Below, piece by piece: positions 13,251-25,720 of a stretch of DNA of 64,000 bases. Source of the DNA: Octopus sinensis (taxonomy: Eukaryota); assembly GCF_006345805.1 (NCBI RefSeq), contig NC_043004.1:45880001-45944000 (forward strand), written 5' to 3'. Numbering within the stretch: position 1 is the stretch's first letter; the number at the start of each line of letters is the position of its first letter. The notes under the pieces were generated by a model. It did no database searches. It was given only the letters and a program-made list of their open reading frames with translations, and had not been told where the DNA came from. The position numbers and the translations under genes were made by a program.

Positions 13251-14599
13251 GTTACATATTTATACACAGGCAGCTTATATTTGAGAAACCGAGACAGGAA
13301 GAGAGTATAGAAGAGACGCACAAAGGATAAAAAGTAGGGATGAAAATGTAAGAAATTTGATTAAATACATGTACACACACACACACACACACGCGCGCGC
13401 ACACACACACATATATATATACACAGATAGACACATGCATCGCCTGTTTACGTATTTACAAATGTCGGCATATGTATATTTAAATGAAGAAGCATATTAC
13501 TCATCCATTTATCTATAGTTCTGTGCATGCTTACATGATTGACTGCCATATTTTGCATGCAGATGTGCCAAGAAGCTTGGTAGCTAGCATCCATCTTGCA
13601 TTCAACGCGGAAGTAATATCGAAATACACGCAGAAGCAATACATACTTGCTATCACAGATGTACATATACACAAAAGCACACACGCCCACACACACCCAC
13701 ATGCAACACACATACACACATACACTCCCTCTTTCTCTCCCTCTCTCTTGCAAACGCGCGTACACAGAAAACACTCACACACACACACTTACATACGTAT
13801 GTATCCACGGCTTTGTATGTACATTTAGAGGTATGAATTTCTCGAGCATGTCTCAATGACGCTGTAGGTAAATATATGCACTTGGGTATTTGACGGATAA
13901 CATATTTTCATGCATAGGTATTATAAGTAAGAACTTGATATCGCTTATCAAAATTGTTAATATAAGCTGTCTGCGGTAATTTCCATTAAACTGTTACAAG
14001 GCTGGTATAGGAATCAAAATTAAAAACACTAATAACACTGTTTGAATGTATTATATTTAAAATTCCCCAGACTAGTAGACTTCAGATAAAACATGGAACC
14101 AACGGAGGAAAAATTCAAAAATATAGTGAAACCCAAAGATAACATATTAGATATATGACTCATTTCAAATGTAAAGCTGATTACCTCGTTTGAGTTGGAT
14201 TTTGTTATTTTTCTTATTGTTAGTATGGCTGAAAATATTTAATAAATATTTTGGTGTCGGACTATGTATATACATTGTCTGGAACGAGTAAATATTCAAA
14301 TTCAAATTATATATGTTTTTATATATAGACACATGAATGTATCCATTTATACATACGCATATACACGCATATGTAAGCAAATACATGTACATATACATAT
14401 AAGTATGCCTGCATCTATACATATATGGGTGTTCAAGGAGAATGATGTGATTGTGTGTGTGTGTGTGTGTGTGTGTGTTTGTGTGTGTGTGTCTACAGAG
14501 ACAGACATCATTCACGTATCTATAGACATGTATATTGTGCATATACACGTAAATAGTTACATACATATATATGTGATTTGCGTATGCTTATATTCATAG

Positions 14600-14614
14600 A
14601 TACAGGCATGCATG

Positions 14615-14662
<48 letters not shown>

Positions 14663-14942
14663 GCTGTGTGTGTGTGGCTGTTTGTGTATGCGCACAGATG
14701 GATACATACACACACATAGACGTAACTTCATGTAAATATTTTCATACATACACACAGTCCCAAAAACATGCATACTTACATATATATATATATAGGTATG
14801 TATATATAATTATGTATATATATATAATATATATAATATATATATGTATATATATATATATGTAAATATATATATATATATATATACGTATATATATATT
14901 ATATATATATATATATATATATTATTATATATATATACACGT

Positions 14943-15022
<80 letters not shown>

Positions 15023-15080
15023 ATATATATATATATAAATGTGCATAGAGGCATACATACAAACCCACACACACACGCAC
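14600..15080. repeat. Compound (TA)n/(TG)n low-complexity tract
   Basis: Direct read. It explains the poly-IY/VC pseudo-ORFs here. Confidence 0.95.
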
Positions 15081-15618
15081 CTATATATGTTATTATAATG
15101 CTAGTGTAGCTATGTATTTCTTTACAAATTTACACACTGCAGTTAGATTTATATCAGAATTATTTCTATCGCTACCACCATGCTATTTTGTTAATATGTA
15201 TATGAGTTGTAACATTCATGCTGGTGCCGCCTTATTTTGGGCCAAATGTGGCTGCAGTAAGGTTATTGTTCCTGCATCTTTAGTATTGGTTAAGAAAGAA
15301 AGCAGGGTTCACTTTCGTTTTCTCGTATAGGCGATACCTAGATAATATCTGGAAGTCTCTTTTCCTGGACAAGTAAACACAGAGAACAGACCCTTCATCC
15401 TTTGAAGGCTGTCTATTTACTCCTCATTTCGAGCATTACACAGCAATCAACTGATGACGCGTCCTTCCACTGTATTTACTTGTCTTGTTTTCCACTTTGT
15501 TCTCTTTGTTTGCGAATTTTAATATTCGAAACGTTAGTAACGTCCTGTGCTCATATATGCATGTATATATATATATATATGTAAGTGTGTGTGTTTTGTG
15601 TGTGTATATATATTTATG

Positions 15619-15697
<79 letters not shown>

Positions 15698-15883
15698 CAT
15701 GTGTATATTTATGTATATACAAATAAGAAATGGAGGAACAGATTCATTTCAATCATCGACTTACAGATATTACCAATTCATATTATTTATTACCTACATA
15801 AATAGGAACATCCAAATCCAACAAAAGAATACAATTTACTTCAATGGGTAAGATGATACCATAAAATAATACACATAAAATGG

Positions 15884-15975
15884 ATCCTACAGCTGTTTCA
15901 GCCTGTAGATAAAGGTATCTCATTCTGCCTATATTAGTCAGATATATTGTGGTAATATGCAGTTAAAATGAGTTA

Positions 15976-16015
<40 letters not shown>

Positions 16016-16097
16016 TATAATATATATATATATATATATAATATATATAATATATTATATATATATATATATATATATCTCAAGCCTCGTCAGAGAT
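15884..16097 (-). ncRNA. Putative type I hammerhead ribozyme with ~165-nt AT-rich loop II
   Basis: Minus strand reads atct-CTGACGA(16093-16087)-ggc(c)ttgagata...tatctacaggct-GAAA(15899-15896)-cagctg-TA-ggat. Stem I is atct/ggat, stem III is the palindrome cagctg, and the cleavage triplet is GUA. Confidence 0.55.
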
Positions 16098-16162
16098 TAT
16101 AAAGTACAATAATAAAAATATAAAAATGGAAATATAAATCCGAAACAAAATACACAAGAGTA

Positions 16163-16205
<43 letters not shown>

Positions 16206-16374
16206 TATATATATATTAATATATATTATATATATATATATTATATATTATTATATATATACATATATATATACTCTTGTGTATTTTGTTTCAGATTTAT
16301 ATTTGCATTTTTATATTTTTATATTGTACTTTATAATCTCTGACGAGGCCTTGAGATATCTATATATATATATA

Positions 16375-16424
<50 letters not shown>

Positions 16425-16461
16425 TAACTCGTTATAAGAATATATATATATAAGTAACTCA
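15968..16461. repeat. Local inverted repeat around an (AT)n spacer
   Basis: 16071-16172 and 16262-16365 are near-identical reverse complements. Homology extends across the (TA)n tracts to taagtaactc. Confidence 0.88.
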
Positions 16462-16757
16462 TATAAGAATATATATATATGGTTACAGATAATCAAATAT
16501 ATATACTGGAGTATACATATACATCCACATCAATGGGTACATATACAAAGTACAAAGTTCATTACATTACCAAAACTATTAATATTATAATTATTATTAG
16601 TGTGTATATATGTATATATATATGTGTATATATATATATGTGCATATATACATATATATATATGTACATATATATGAACATATATATATATAGAATTTTT
16701 TTTTTTGCCCTCACTTATAAATTACATACATACATATATATATATATTATATATGTA

Positions 16758-16799
<42 letters not shown>

Positions 16800-16916
16800 A
16801 TTATATATATATACCGGAGTAAACACATAAATGTGAAACAAGGTGGAAAAAAGAGTACTCAATACCAGTGGTAGAGTAATATGCTTTATTTTAAGCAGCA
16901 GAAAATTCAACAAAAT

Positions 16917-16954
16917 CTGTTACTCTGAGTTTCTCGTTGCCGTTCATCAGACAG
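16917..16954 (-). ncRNA. Minimal type I hammerhead ribozyme in PLE pLTR
   Basis: ctgt-CTGATGA-a cg gcaa cg a-GAAA-ctc a gag-TA-acag; GUA cleavage triplet. Confidence 0.72.
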
Positions 16955-17956
16955 TTTTTGCTAGAATGGAACATATATATTAATTCAATCTATACTCTTA
17001 CAAACGCTACACCTTTAAAAAGAAATAGACTTGTTTGATTGGCCCTTTAGAAAAAACGGTCAATCTTCGAGCGATAAACAAAAAGGTCAAAAATATATGT
17101 ATATATATATAAAAAAACTTATAAAAATTATAAAAATTATAAAATCCGAGGAAAAACCTATTGCCGTTAATGAAGACAGTACAAATTAATGCATAGAAAT
17201 TAAACCTGTTATAAATACTGCAATACATATTTATATTAAAATCCACATATATATATCAACATACACAAAGATGCGCGTAAACGCCATACATACATATACA
17301 GACGTATGAATATGAATCTAAATTATACAATAAAAGCATGTGTACATATATTCACGCAAACCGTCTCGCACGCAAGCTAAAATTCATCTATGTAGCAATT
17401 CTCATATACTGAGCAAGGAGGGGGAACGAAAGAAAGGGAAAGAGAGAAAAAGGAACGAAGAGGGGAGGGGGGAAACTTGTAGCGATGTTTGGCATCTATA
17501 GAGGCCAGTATACATACACAAGTTTGAATTGATACATATACATACCGTCGTGTGTATGCGTGCTTAAGCACAAGCATACTTTCACTTACACATACACAGA
17601 TACGCATGCTTACAAATACATATGCTTTGCTATACACAAACTTATATAAACATTCTAATTTGACAACATTGCTTTTTTAAAAAAAACATTGCTTTTAAAA
17701 ATGGGTGCATTAATAAAAATATATACGAAAGACATAAAATAAAAATATAACATCCTATTTTGGGTCATTATAAATAATCAAGGTAATATAAATAATCAAG
17801 GTAATCCTATGCAATACAATAACATGAAAACAAAGTTTGTAGGTTTTTCCTAATATATATGTAGAAACAATAAGACTTTGCTATAGATCCGTCGTAGCGC
17901 TTAAGAGTCAAAATCAAAATCAAAAATCAAAATACAAAATATATACTCTATCCATA

Positions 17957-19409
17957 TGGTATATTTATTTCGACATTTTAAATTTAGCCGCGTGCCTACA
18001 TAAGTTCATTAACTCACTTCTTTGATTCAAAGAATTATTGTCTTTGAATAATATGTGCATTTTTCTAATAAGCAAAGCTTGCACTTGAAATTATATTTGT
18101 AAGCTCCATGCCTGTATGGTGCCGCCCTGTCCAGAATGCTCCATGTCACGTTGAAAGGTGGGGCTTCCTTTTCTTTTAGTTCCCAGACATATTTTGCTAG
18201 GCTGGTTTTCTTCCTATTCTCTGGGTATTTAAAAGAATTCTTATGAGAATAAAATCTTGTTTTAAATGAATTTTCTGAAGCCCCTGTGTATGTCTTGTAT
18301 TCCGATGAGCCTTCCACTTGCACCTTGGCTCTATAAACCACTCCTTTCACTAGACATTTCCCTTCTAACGGACGGAGCTTTCGTTTTTGAAATTACATTT
18401 CTTAATGGGCTCGGCACCATGTCTAATCTCAATTAGCTTCCTATTATGTTGGCTAATGTAAGAGGCGAAATTTCTGCAACAAGAATAGCTAACCTTCAGG
18501 GTTCTTCTATTAAATATTCTGTAGAATTTATGACCCTGCTTAAAATGCTTAGAGACTAATCTCAAAAATTCCTTACCTATATTAGTCTTTACGGCCAAAT
18601 TGAAAGCCGGGTTGAACCACAAAACTTCCTGGTCCTAGTTCTTCGTGCAGCATTATTATTAGCATTAAGCTGGTTGAACTGGATCTTCTCCGAGAATCCA
18701 CTATTCTTTAATGCGCTATCGTAATAAGGGCAGCATTATGGAATGCTGCCTCGTCCGAAGAAATTGAAGATATTCTTCTACCTACATTGCTGACTAAGTT
18801 GCTAAGGATAACTGGTGGATGGTTCGAATCTTTGCTAATAACGATAGCTTTTCATTGGGCTTACGGAAAGGTTTAAATCTATCCGATCTTACATTAAAAT
18901 TTACGTCTAAAAAATCTACACTATTCAGGTTAGTATCTATCGTAATCCGAAAGCCCATCCTTTGAAAGAAAGCTATAAGGTCCTTCCTAAGTCTATCTGA
19001 TTCATGGCCGTTTAGATTATGCGTGGCTATAAGGCCGTCATCCCTATATAGACCTGCATCTATAAATGGGAATTCTATTTTTAGATTATGGAGAATAAAG
19101 GCTCCTATGAGCATACATAATTCAGCCCCGTCGTATGCCCCCATCGGTACATCGAAAAGAGAATCCTCAGTCTTCTTAATCCAGGTGGAATCCTCGAAAA
19201 AACAGAAGCGATTTCCTCGCATGCATAATAATTTCAATTTCCGAGCTATCGATGTTGACATACTGCTTGGCGAAGTCCAATGCCCTTAGGAGCAACGTCC
19301 TAGATATCGACGGGTAAAAGTCAATAATGTCGAATTGTGTGAAACTACAATTATTCTTATAGCTAATACCTTTAAACCATCTATAACTGACTTACTATTC
19401 TTCCAAATT
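17957..19409 (-). pseudogene. Inverted 5'-truncated copy of the PLE RT/GIY-YIG coding region
   Basis: ORF-track pieces 18794-19261, 18365-18622 and 18027-18350 are near-identical to the plus-strand copy. Confidence 0.9.
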
Positions 19410-19441
19410 GAATTAATATATATGTTCCATTCTAGCAAAAA

Positions 19442-19479
19442 CTGTCTGATGAACGGCAACGAAAAACTCAGAGTAACAG
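19442..19479 (+). ncRNA. PLE hammerhead copy with core GAAA>AAAA change (probably inactive as assembled)
   Basis: ctgtCTGATGAacggcaacgaAAAActcagagTAacag; the G at 19463 is replaced by A. Confidence 0.6.
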
Positions 19480-19638
19480 ATTTTGTTGAATTTTCTGCTG
19501 CTTATTACTCTACCACTGGTATTTGAGTAATCTTTTTTCCACCTTGTTTCACATTTATGTGTTTACTCCGGTCTAACCCGCTCCTTGTAAAAGTTTGAGC
19601 GACTCTGCACAAGTAGGAAGAACAAACAGCTGAAAAAG

Positions 19639-21764
19639 ATGGAACTTTACCCGCTGGATTTTTCTCAGAAAATATACCTATCCCTGCACGGAAACAATAT
19701 ATCAAAGGTCTTATAGAGAAAACGGAAGAGTTTATTAGAAGACTGAGATGGAAAGCCTTCTTCTTTGATAATAAACAGAAAATAGAAGGTAACAAATATG
19801 GATTTAAATCTCCCAGAACCCGCCACCGATTCCGGAATTAGAAGCCTTCGAGAAAGACCTTTTCGAGATTATTAGGAAAATTAAATTCCGCAAATTTATC
19901 AACCAATTGCAAAAAAACATGAGAGAAAAAATTAAGGAGATTAACGACTCGAATAAGATCTTCGTTAATTCTGACAAGACAAGGAACTTATATGCACTTG
20001 ATAAGGACGTTTATAAACGCCTGATTTCGAATAGTGTCACGGACACATACAAAAAGACAACACGAATATATACAAGAGGTGAACTTAGAAGCAGAGGAAT
20101 AGCTAGCGATCTTAAGATTAGCGATAGGATTGAATACCTTTCACCACGACCAGCTTTTATTACTCTGAAAGACCATAAAGACAATTTTAGTAGAAACCCT
20201 AAATGTAGATTGATAAATCCGGCTAAAACTGAGATAGGAATTATTAGCAAAAATATTTTGGACAGTATTTTAGTTAAGTTAGATAGTGAAGTGGACTTGA
20301 GAATTTGGAAGAATAGTAAGTCAGTTATAGAGTGGTTTAAAGGTATTAGCTATAAGAATAATTGTAGTTTCACACAATTCGACATTATTGACTTTTACCC
20401 GTCGATATCTAGGACGTTGCTCCTAAGGGCATTGGACTTCGCCAAGCAGTATGTCAACATCGATAGCTCGGAAATTGAAATTATTATGCATGCGAGGAAA
20501 TCGCTTCTGTTTTTCGAGGATTCCACCTGGATTAAGAAGACTGAGGATTCTCTTTTCGATGTACCGATGGGGGCATACGACGGGGCTGAATTATATATGC
20601 TCATAGGAGCCTTTATTCTCCATAATCTAAAAATAGAATTCCCATTTATAGATGCAGGTCTATATAGGGATGACGGCCTTATAGCCACGCATAATCTAAA
20701 CGGCCATGAATCAGATAGACTTAGGAAGGACCTTATAGCTTTCTTTCAAAGGATGGGCTTACGGATTACGATAGATACTAACCTGAATAGTGTAGATTTT
20801 TTAGACGTAAATTTTAATGTAAGATCGGATAGATTTAAACCTTTCCGTAAGCCCAATGAAAAGCTATCGTATATTAGCAAAGATTCGAACCATCCACCAG
20901 TTATCCTTAGCAACTTAGTCAGCAATGTAGGTAGAAGAATATCTTCAATTTCTTCGGACGAGGCAGCATCCATAATGCTGCACCTTATTACGATAGCGCA
21001 TTAAAGAATAGTGGATTCTCGGAGAAGATCCAGTTCAACCAGCTTAATGCTAATAATAATGCTGCACGAAGAACTAGGACCAGGAAGAAAGTTTGTGGTT
21101 CAACCGGCTTTCAATTTGGCCGTAAAGACTAATATAGGTAAGGAATTTTTGAGATTAGTCTCTAAGCATTTTAAGCAGGGTCATAAATTCTACAGAATAT
21201 TTAATAGAAGAACCCTGAAGGTTAGCTATTCTTGTTGCAGAAATTTCGCCTCTTACATTAGCCAACATAATAGGAAGCTAATTGAGATTAGACATGGTGC
21301 CGAGCCCATTAAGAAATGTAATTGCAAAAACGAAAGCTCCTGTCCGTTAGAAGGGAAATGTCTAGTGAAAGGGGTTTATAGAGCCAAGGTGCAAGTGGAA
21401 GGCTCATCGGAATACAAGACATACACAGGGGCTTCAGAAAATTCATTTAAAACAAGATTTTATTCTCATAAGAATTCTTTTAAATACCCAGAGAATAGGA
21501 AGAAACCAGCCTAGCAAAATATGTCTGGGAACTAAAAGAAAAGGAAGCCCCACCTTTCAACGTGACATGGAGCATTCTGGACAGGGCGGCACCATACAGG
21601 CATGGAGCTTACAAATATAATTTCAAGTGCAAGCTTTGCTTATTAGAAAAAATGCACATATTATTCAAAGACATAATTCTTTGAATCAAAGAAGTGAGTT
21701 AATGAACTTATGTAGGCACGCGGCTAAATTTAAAATGTCGAATATAAATATACCATATGGATAG
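19639..21764 (+). pseudogene. PLE polyprotein (RT + CxCx5C linker + GIY-YIG endonuclease), ~700 aa reconstructable across single-base frameshifts
   Basis: Motifs: KNIPIP..RRLRWKAFFF, DKTRNLY, FDIIDFYPSI, VPMGAYDG, YRDDGL, VDFLDV, SNHPP, WFNP, CNCKNESSCPLEGKC, VYRA...YTG.SENSFKTRFYSH, CKLCLLEK and LNQRSE..CRH. Stop TAG at 21762-21764. ORF-track pieces are 19907-21004 and 21011-21514. Confidence 0.92.
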
Positions 21765-22758
21765 AGTATATATTTTGTATTTTGATTTTGATTTTGATTT
21801 TGACTCTTAAGCGCTACGACGGATCTATAGCAAAGTCTTATTGTTTCTACATATATATTAGGAAAAACCTACAAACTTGTTTTCATGTTATTGTATGCAT
21901 AGGATTACCTTGATTATTTATATTACCTTGATTATTTATAAATGACCCAAAATAGGATGTTATATTTTATTTTATGTCTTTCGTATATATTTTTATTAAT
22001 GCACCCATTTTTTAAAAGCAATGTTTTTTTTAAAAAAGCAATGTTGTCAAATTTAGAATGTTTATATAAGTTTGTGTATAGCAAAGCATATGTATTTGTA
22101 AGCATGCGTATCTGTGTATGTGTAAGTGAAAGTATGCTTGTGCTTAAGCACGCATACACACGACGGTATGTATATGTATCAATTCAAACTTGTGTATGTA
22201 TACTGGCCTCTATAGATGCCAATAACATCGCTACAAGTTTCCCCCTCCCTCCCGTCCCTTTTGTTCCTTTTTCCTCTTTCCTTTCTTCGTTCCCCTCCTT
22301 GCTCAGTATATGAGAATTGCTACATAGATGAATTTTAGCTTGCGTGCGAGACGGTTTGCGTGAATATATGTACACATGCTTTTATGTGTATAATTTAGAT
22401 TCATATTCATACGTCTGTATATGTATGTATGGCGTTTACGCGCATCCTTTTGTGTATGTTGATATATATATGTGGATTTTAATATAAATATGTATTGCAG
22501 TATTTATAACAGGTTTAATTTCTATGCATTAATTTGTACTGTCTTCATTAACGGCAATAGGTTTTTCCTCGGATTTTATAATTTTTATAATTTTTATAAT
22601 TTTATATATATATACATATATTTTTGACCTTTTGTTTATCGCTCGAAGATTGACCGTTTTTTTTCTAAAGGGCAATCAAACAAGTCCATTTCTTTTAAAG
22701 GTGTAGCGTTTGTAAGAGTATAGATTGAATTAATATATATGTTCCATTCTAGCAAAAA

Positions 22759-22799
22759 CTGTCTGATGAACGGCAACAACGAGAAACTCAGAGTAACAG
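22759..22799 (+). ncRNA. PLE hammerhead copy with a 3-nt (aac) insertion in stem-loop II
   Basis: ctgtCTGATGAacggcaacaacgaGAAActcagagTAacag. Confidence 0.68.
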
Positions 22800-22833
22800 A
22801 TTTTGTTGATTTTCTGCTGGGCTTAAAATAAAG

Positions 22834-22879
<46 letters not shown>

Positions 22880-22899
22880 GTGTGTGTGTGTATGTATTG

Positions 22900-23885
22900 G
22901 GCCACTACTTTTCATAATGGCCCTCTCAGATATGCCCTCAGCTGACCGGATTGCCACAGTTGCTACCTACGCAGATGATGCGAATGTCTCGCAGAAAATG
23001 CAGAACATCAGCGATGTTGCATACCTGCAGTATGAGTTACACTCAATTTAGAGATGGTCAAAAGACGCTAGTATGCAGTTAAATGCTGAAAATCTCCAAG
23101 ACCTGTGCTACAAGCTTCCAAAACAGAATATAAAAATTTTAGGGTACACTGGTTCTCAAGTGTTTAAAAGGGTTCCCTAAATCAGTGAGGGACCTGGGTA
23201 TCGACATGAGTGATGATACCTCAATACCAAGTGGACTATAGCAGGATAGTGACAAAGTGCAGACGATTGGCTGGCTGGATCCTGAGAATGTTCAGAACCA
23301 GGGAGAAGGAAACAATGATGGCTCTCTGGAGGACATTCGTCTTCAACCGCCTGGATTACTGCTCAGAGCAATGGTCATGCAACAGCGTAAAATTACCAAG
23401 TGAATCTTGAAGCAATCAGGCAAAGCATCACATAGAAGATCGTCTCATTGCAACAGCTCAGCTAGTGGGAAAGTTTGAAACAACTAAGACCCTACTCCCT
23501 GGAGCGAAGGCTGAAGGGGTATGCAGTAATATACATCTGGAAGATCTTGGAAGAAATTGTGCCAAATTTTGGCATTCAAAGCTACTCAAATGCCAGAAAA
23601 CAACGAGAGTGCAATGTGCCAAAGATCCCAGGAATGCGATCGCGCTTCAAGACGGATTACTGCAACAGCTTGTGTTTCAGGAGCCCACAAATTTTTTATA
23701 TTGTCCTCAAGAACCTGAGGGACTTACACACAGTGGATGTGTCTTCAAATAAAAATTGAAACTCTACCTGGCGAGAGTCCTACCTGATCCTACCTGCGTA
23801 AGGGTCTCAAAAGAGTTTATCAAAATCAAACTGCCTTATAAAATGGCACGTATTAGAGGTTCTTAATAATAACAGTGTAGCAGGG
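22900..23885 (+). mobile_element. Degraded 3' fragment of a CR1/L2-group LINE RT
   Basis: LLFIMALSD...ATYADD (22968-22979), RDLGIDMS, CRRLAGWILRMFRTREKETMMALWRTFVFNRLDYCSEQWS and YSLERR...IYIWKIL. Confidence 0.8.
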
Positions 23886-25149
23886 CCACAACTTTGAGCT
23901 GAAAGTAAAAACATATATCTATATACATATGCATATATATATGTATATATATGTATATGTATATATATAAATATATCTATGAATATATATAAATGCATAC
24001 ATATATATGTATATATACGTAAACATATATGTATATATATGTAAATATAAATCCTTAAATCCTTAAAAATGTTTTAGCCCGAAGGCCGCGGCCATGCTGG
24101 GGCACCACCGCTGAATGAGCTACACTAGTTTGTGAATCCACCTCTGATATGTGTGTATATATATGTATATATATATTCGTATATGTTTATATAAATGCAG
24201 TTATATATAAGTATTTATGTATGTATATATGTATATACATATATGTATATATGTATATATATACGAATGTATGCATGTATATATATATGTATATATATAT
24301 ATATACGTATACATATACATACAAACATGCATACATAACTATACGTACACATGCATACACGAATCAACTGGTGTTCGTCAATGCAGATAAAAGTTGCATG
24401 ACTATCTGATTCAATTTCCCATGTATATGTTTATCCGTTCATGACAATCTGTTTATACATGTTCCGGGCGGTACTGCATTACATATCTCTATCCGTACCA
24501 CGCCGTGTGCGTCTGCACCTATGCGAAATGTGCCTATGTATACCTGTATGTATCTATGCAAGGAAATCGTACACTTCGGTGAGTCATGTTGAAATCTCAC
24601 ATCGAAAGAAATACAAATATAAATTAGAAAGCAGAACAACCTTTAACTTGATCCCTAACAAGTTCCCTATTTCAATTTTCTAATCTCTGATCATTATAAT
24701 TAAGCTGTTGTTGATTGCTATTGATCGCTATTGTTCACAGCTGTTATCGTTGTTATTGTTTGTTTCCGCTTTCCATGGTGTTTAATAATAATCCCTTGAA
24801 ACAGGATTAATAATGCTTAATTATATTGTTTAGTGGAGTTTTATTTTCAGTAGTATACACACATTCGCGCGCACACATATACGGATATACTCGCTTGCGC
24901 ATACGCACGCATATATTGACTCATACATGGGCATGTATGCGCATTTATACGCACATAGACACATTGAAACTGTGTTTAGTTTTGTTTTTTCTTTCCTGTG
25001 TCATTTATATGTACACATTAGATTTTAACTTTATTTATTTCTCTCTCTTTCTCTCTCTCTCTATGCGTGTGCATGTGTATAGACATACATATTTACATGT
25101 ATATATATATGTGTGTATGTGTGTGTGTATACTCAACTACATGTAAATA

Positions 25150-25253
25150 TATATACGCGTGCATAGACATTATTTGTGTGTGTACATATATATATACATG
25201 TATCTATATATATATGTAGATATGCATACATACTCGCATCTATATATGCATAT

Positions 25254-25303
<50 letters not shown>

Positions 25304-25372
25304 GATAGATATGTATATAGACATTCACATATATAGATGTATATATAGACGTGCATATATGAATATATATGC

Positions 25373-25452
<80 letters not shown>

Positions 25453-25662
25453 TATAGGTAGAGAGATAGATAGATATGTATATAGACATGTACATATAGT
25501 CATAAATACAATATTAGAATATATTATATATATGTATACGTTTACACAAAATCAACTCACAAGGTAGTACATATACGTACACTCGAAAACCATCACATGC
25601 ATATGCATATACATACTTGCATGTATACATACAAATACCCACACTTACACACACGCACACAC

Positions 25663-25695
<33 letters not shown>

Positions 25696-25720
25696 CATAT
25701 ACATGTGTGTATATATACAT
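25150..25720. repeat. Compound (TA)n/(CA)n low-complexity tract
   Basis: Direct read. Confidence 0.93.

Larger units (their letters stand above)
16813..22833. mobile_element. Penelope-like retroelement (PLE) insertion with an inverted 5'-truncated copy, flanked by (TA)n
   Basis: 16813-19409 (minus) mirrors 20302-22833 (plus). A short pseudo-LTR (pLTR) end piece at ~19407-19572 precedes the ORF body. Confidence 0.93.

Noticed and set aside
15451-15550. CTGATGA plus GAAAcgttagtaacGTC resembling a hammerhead
   Set aside because: Stem III and GUC look right, but no stem II joins the two core parts and stem I is offset by 7 nt. At best it is a decayed remnant.
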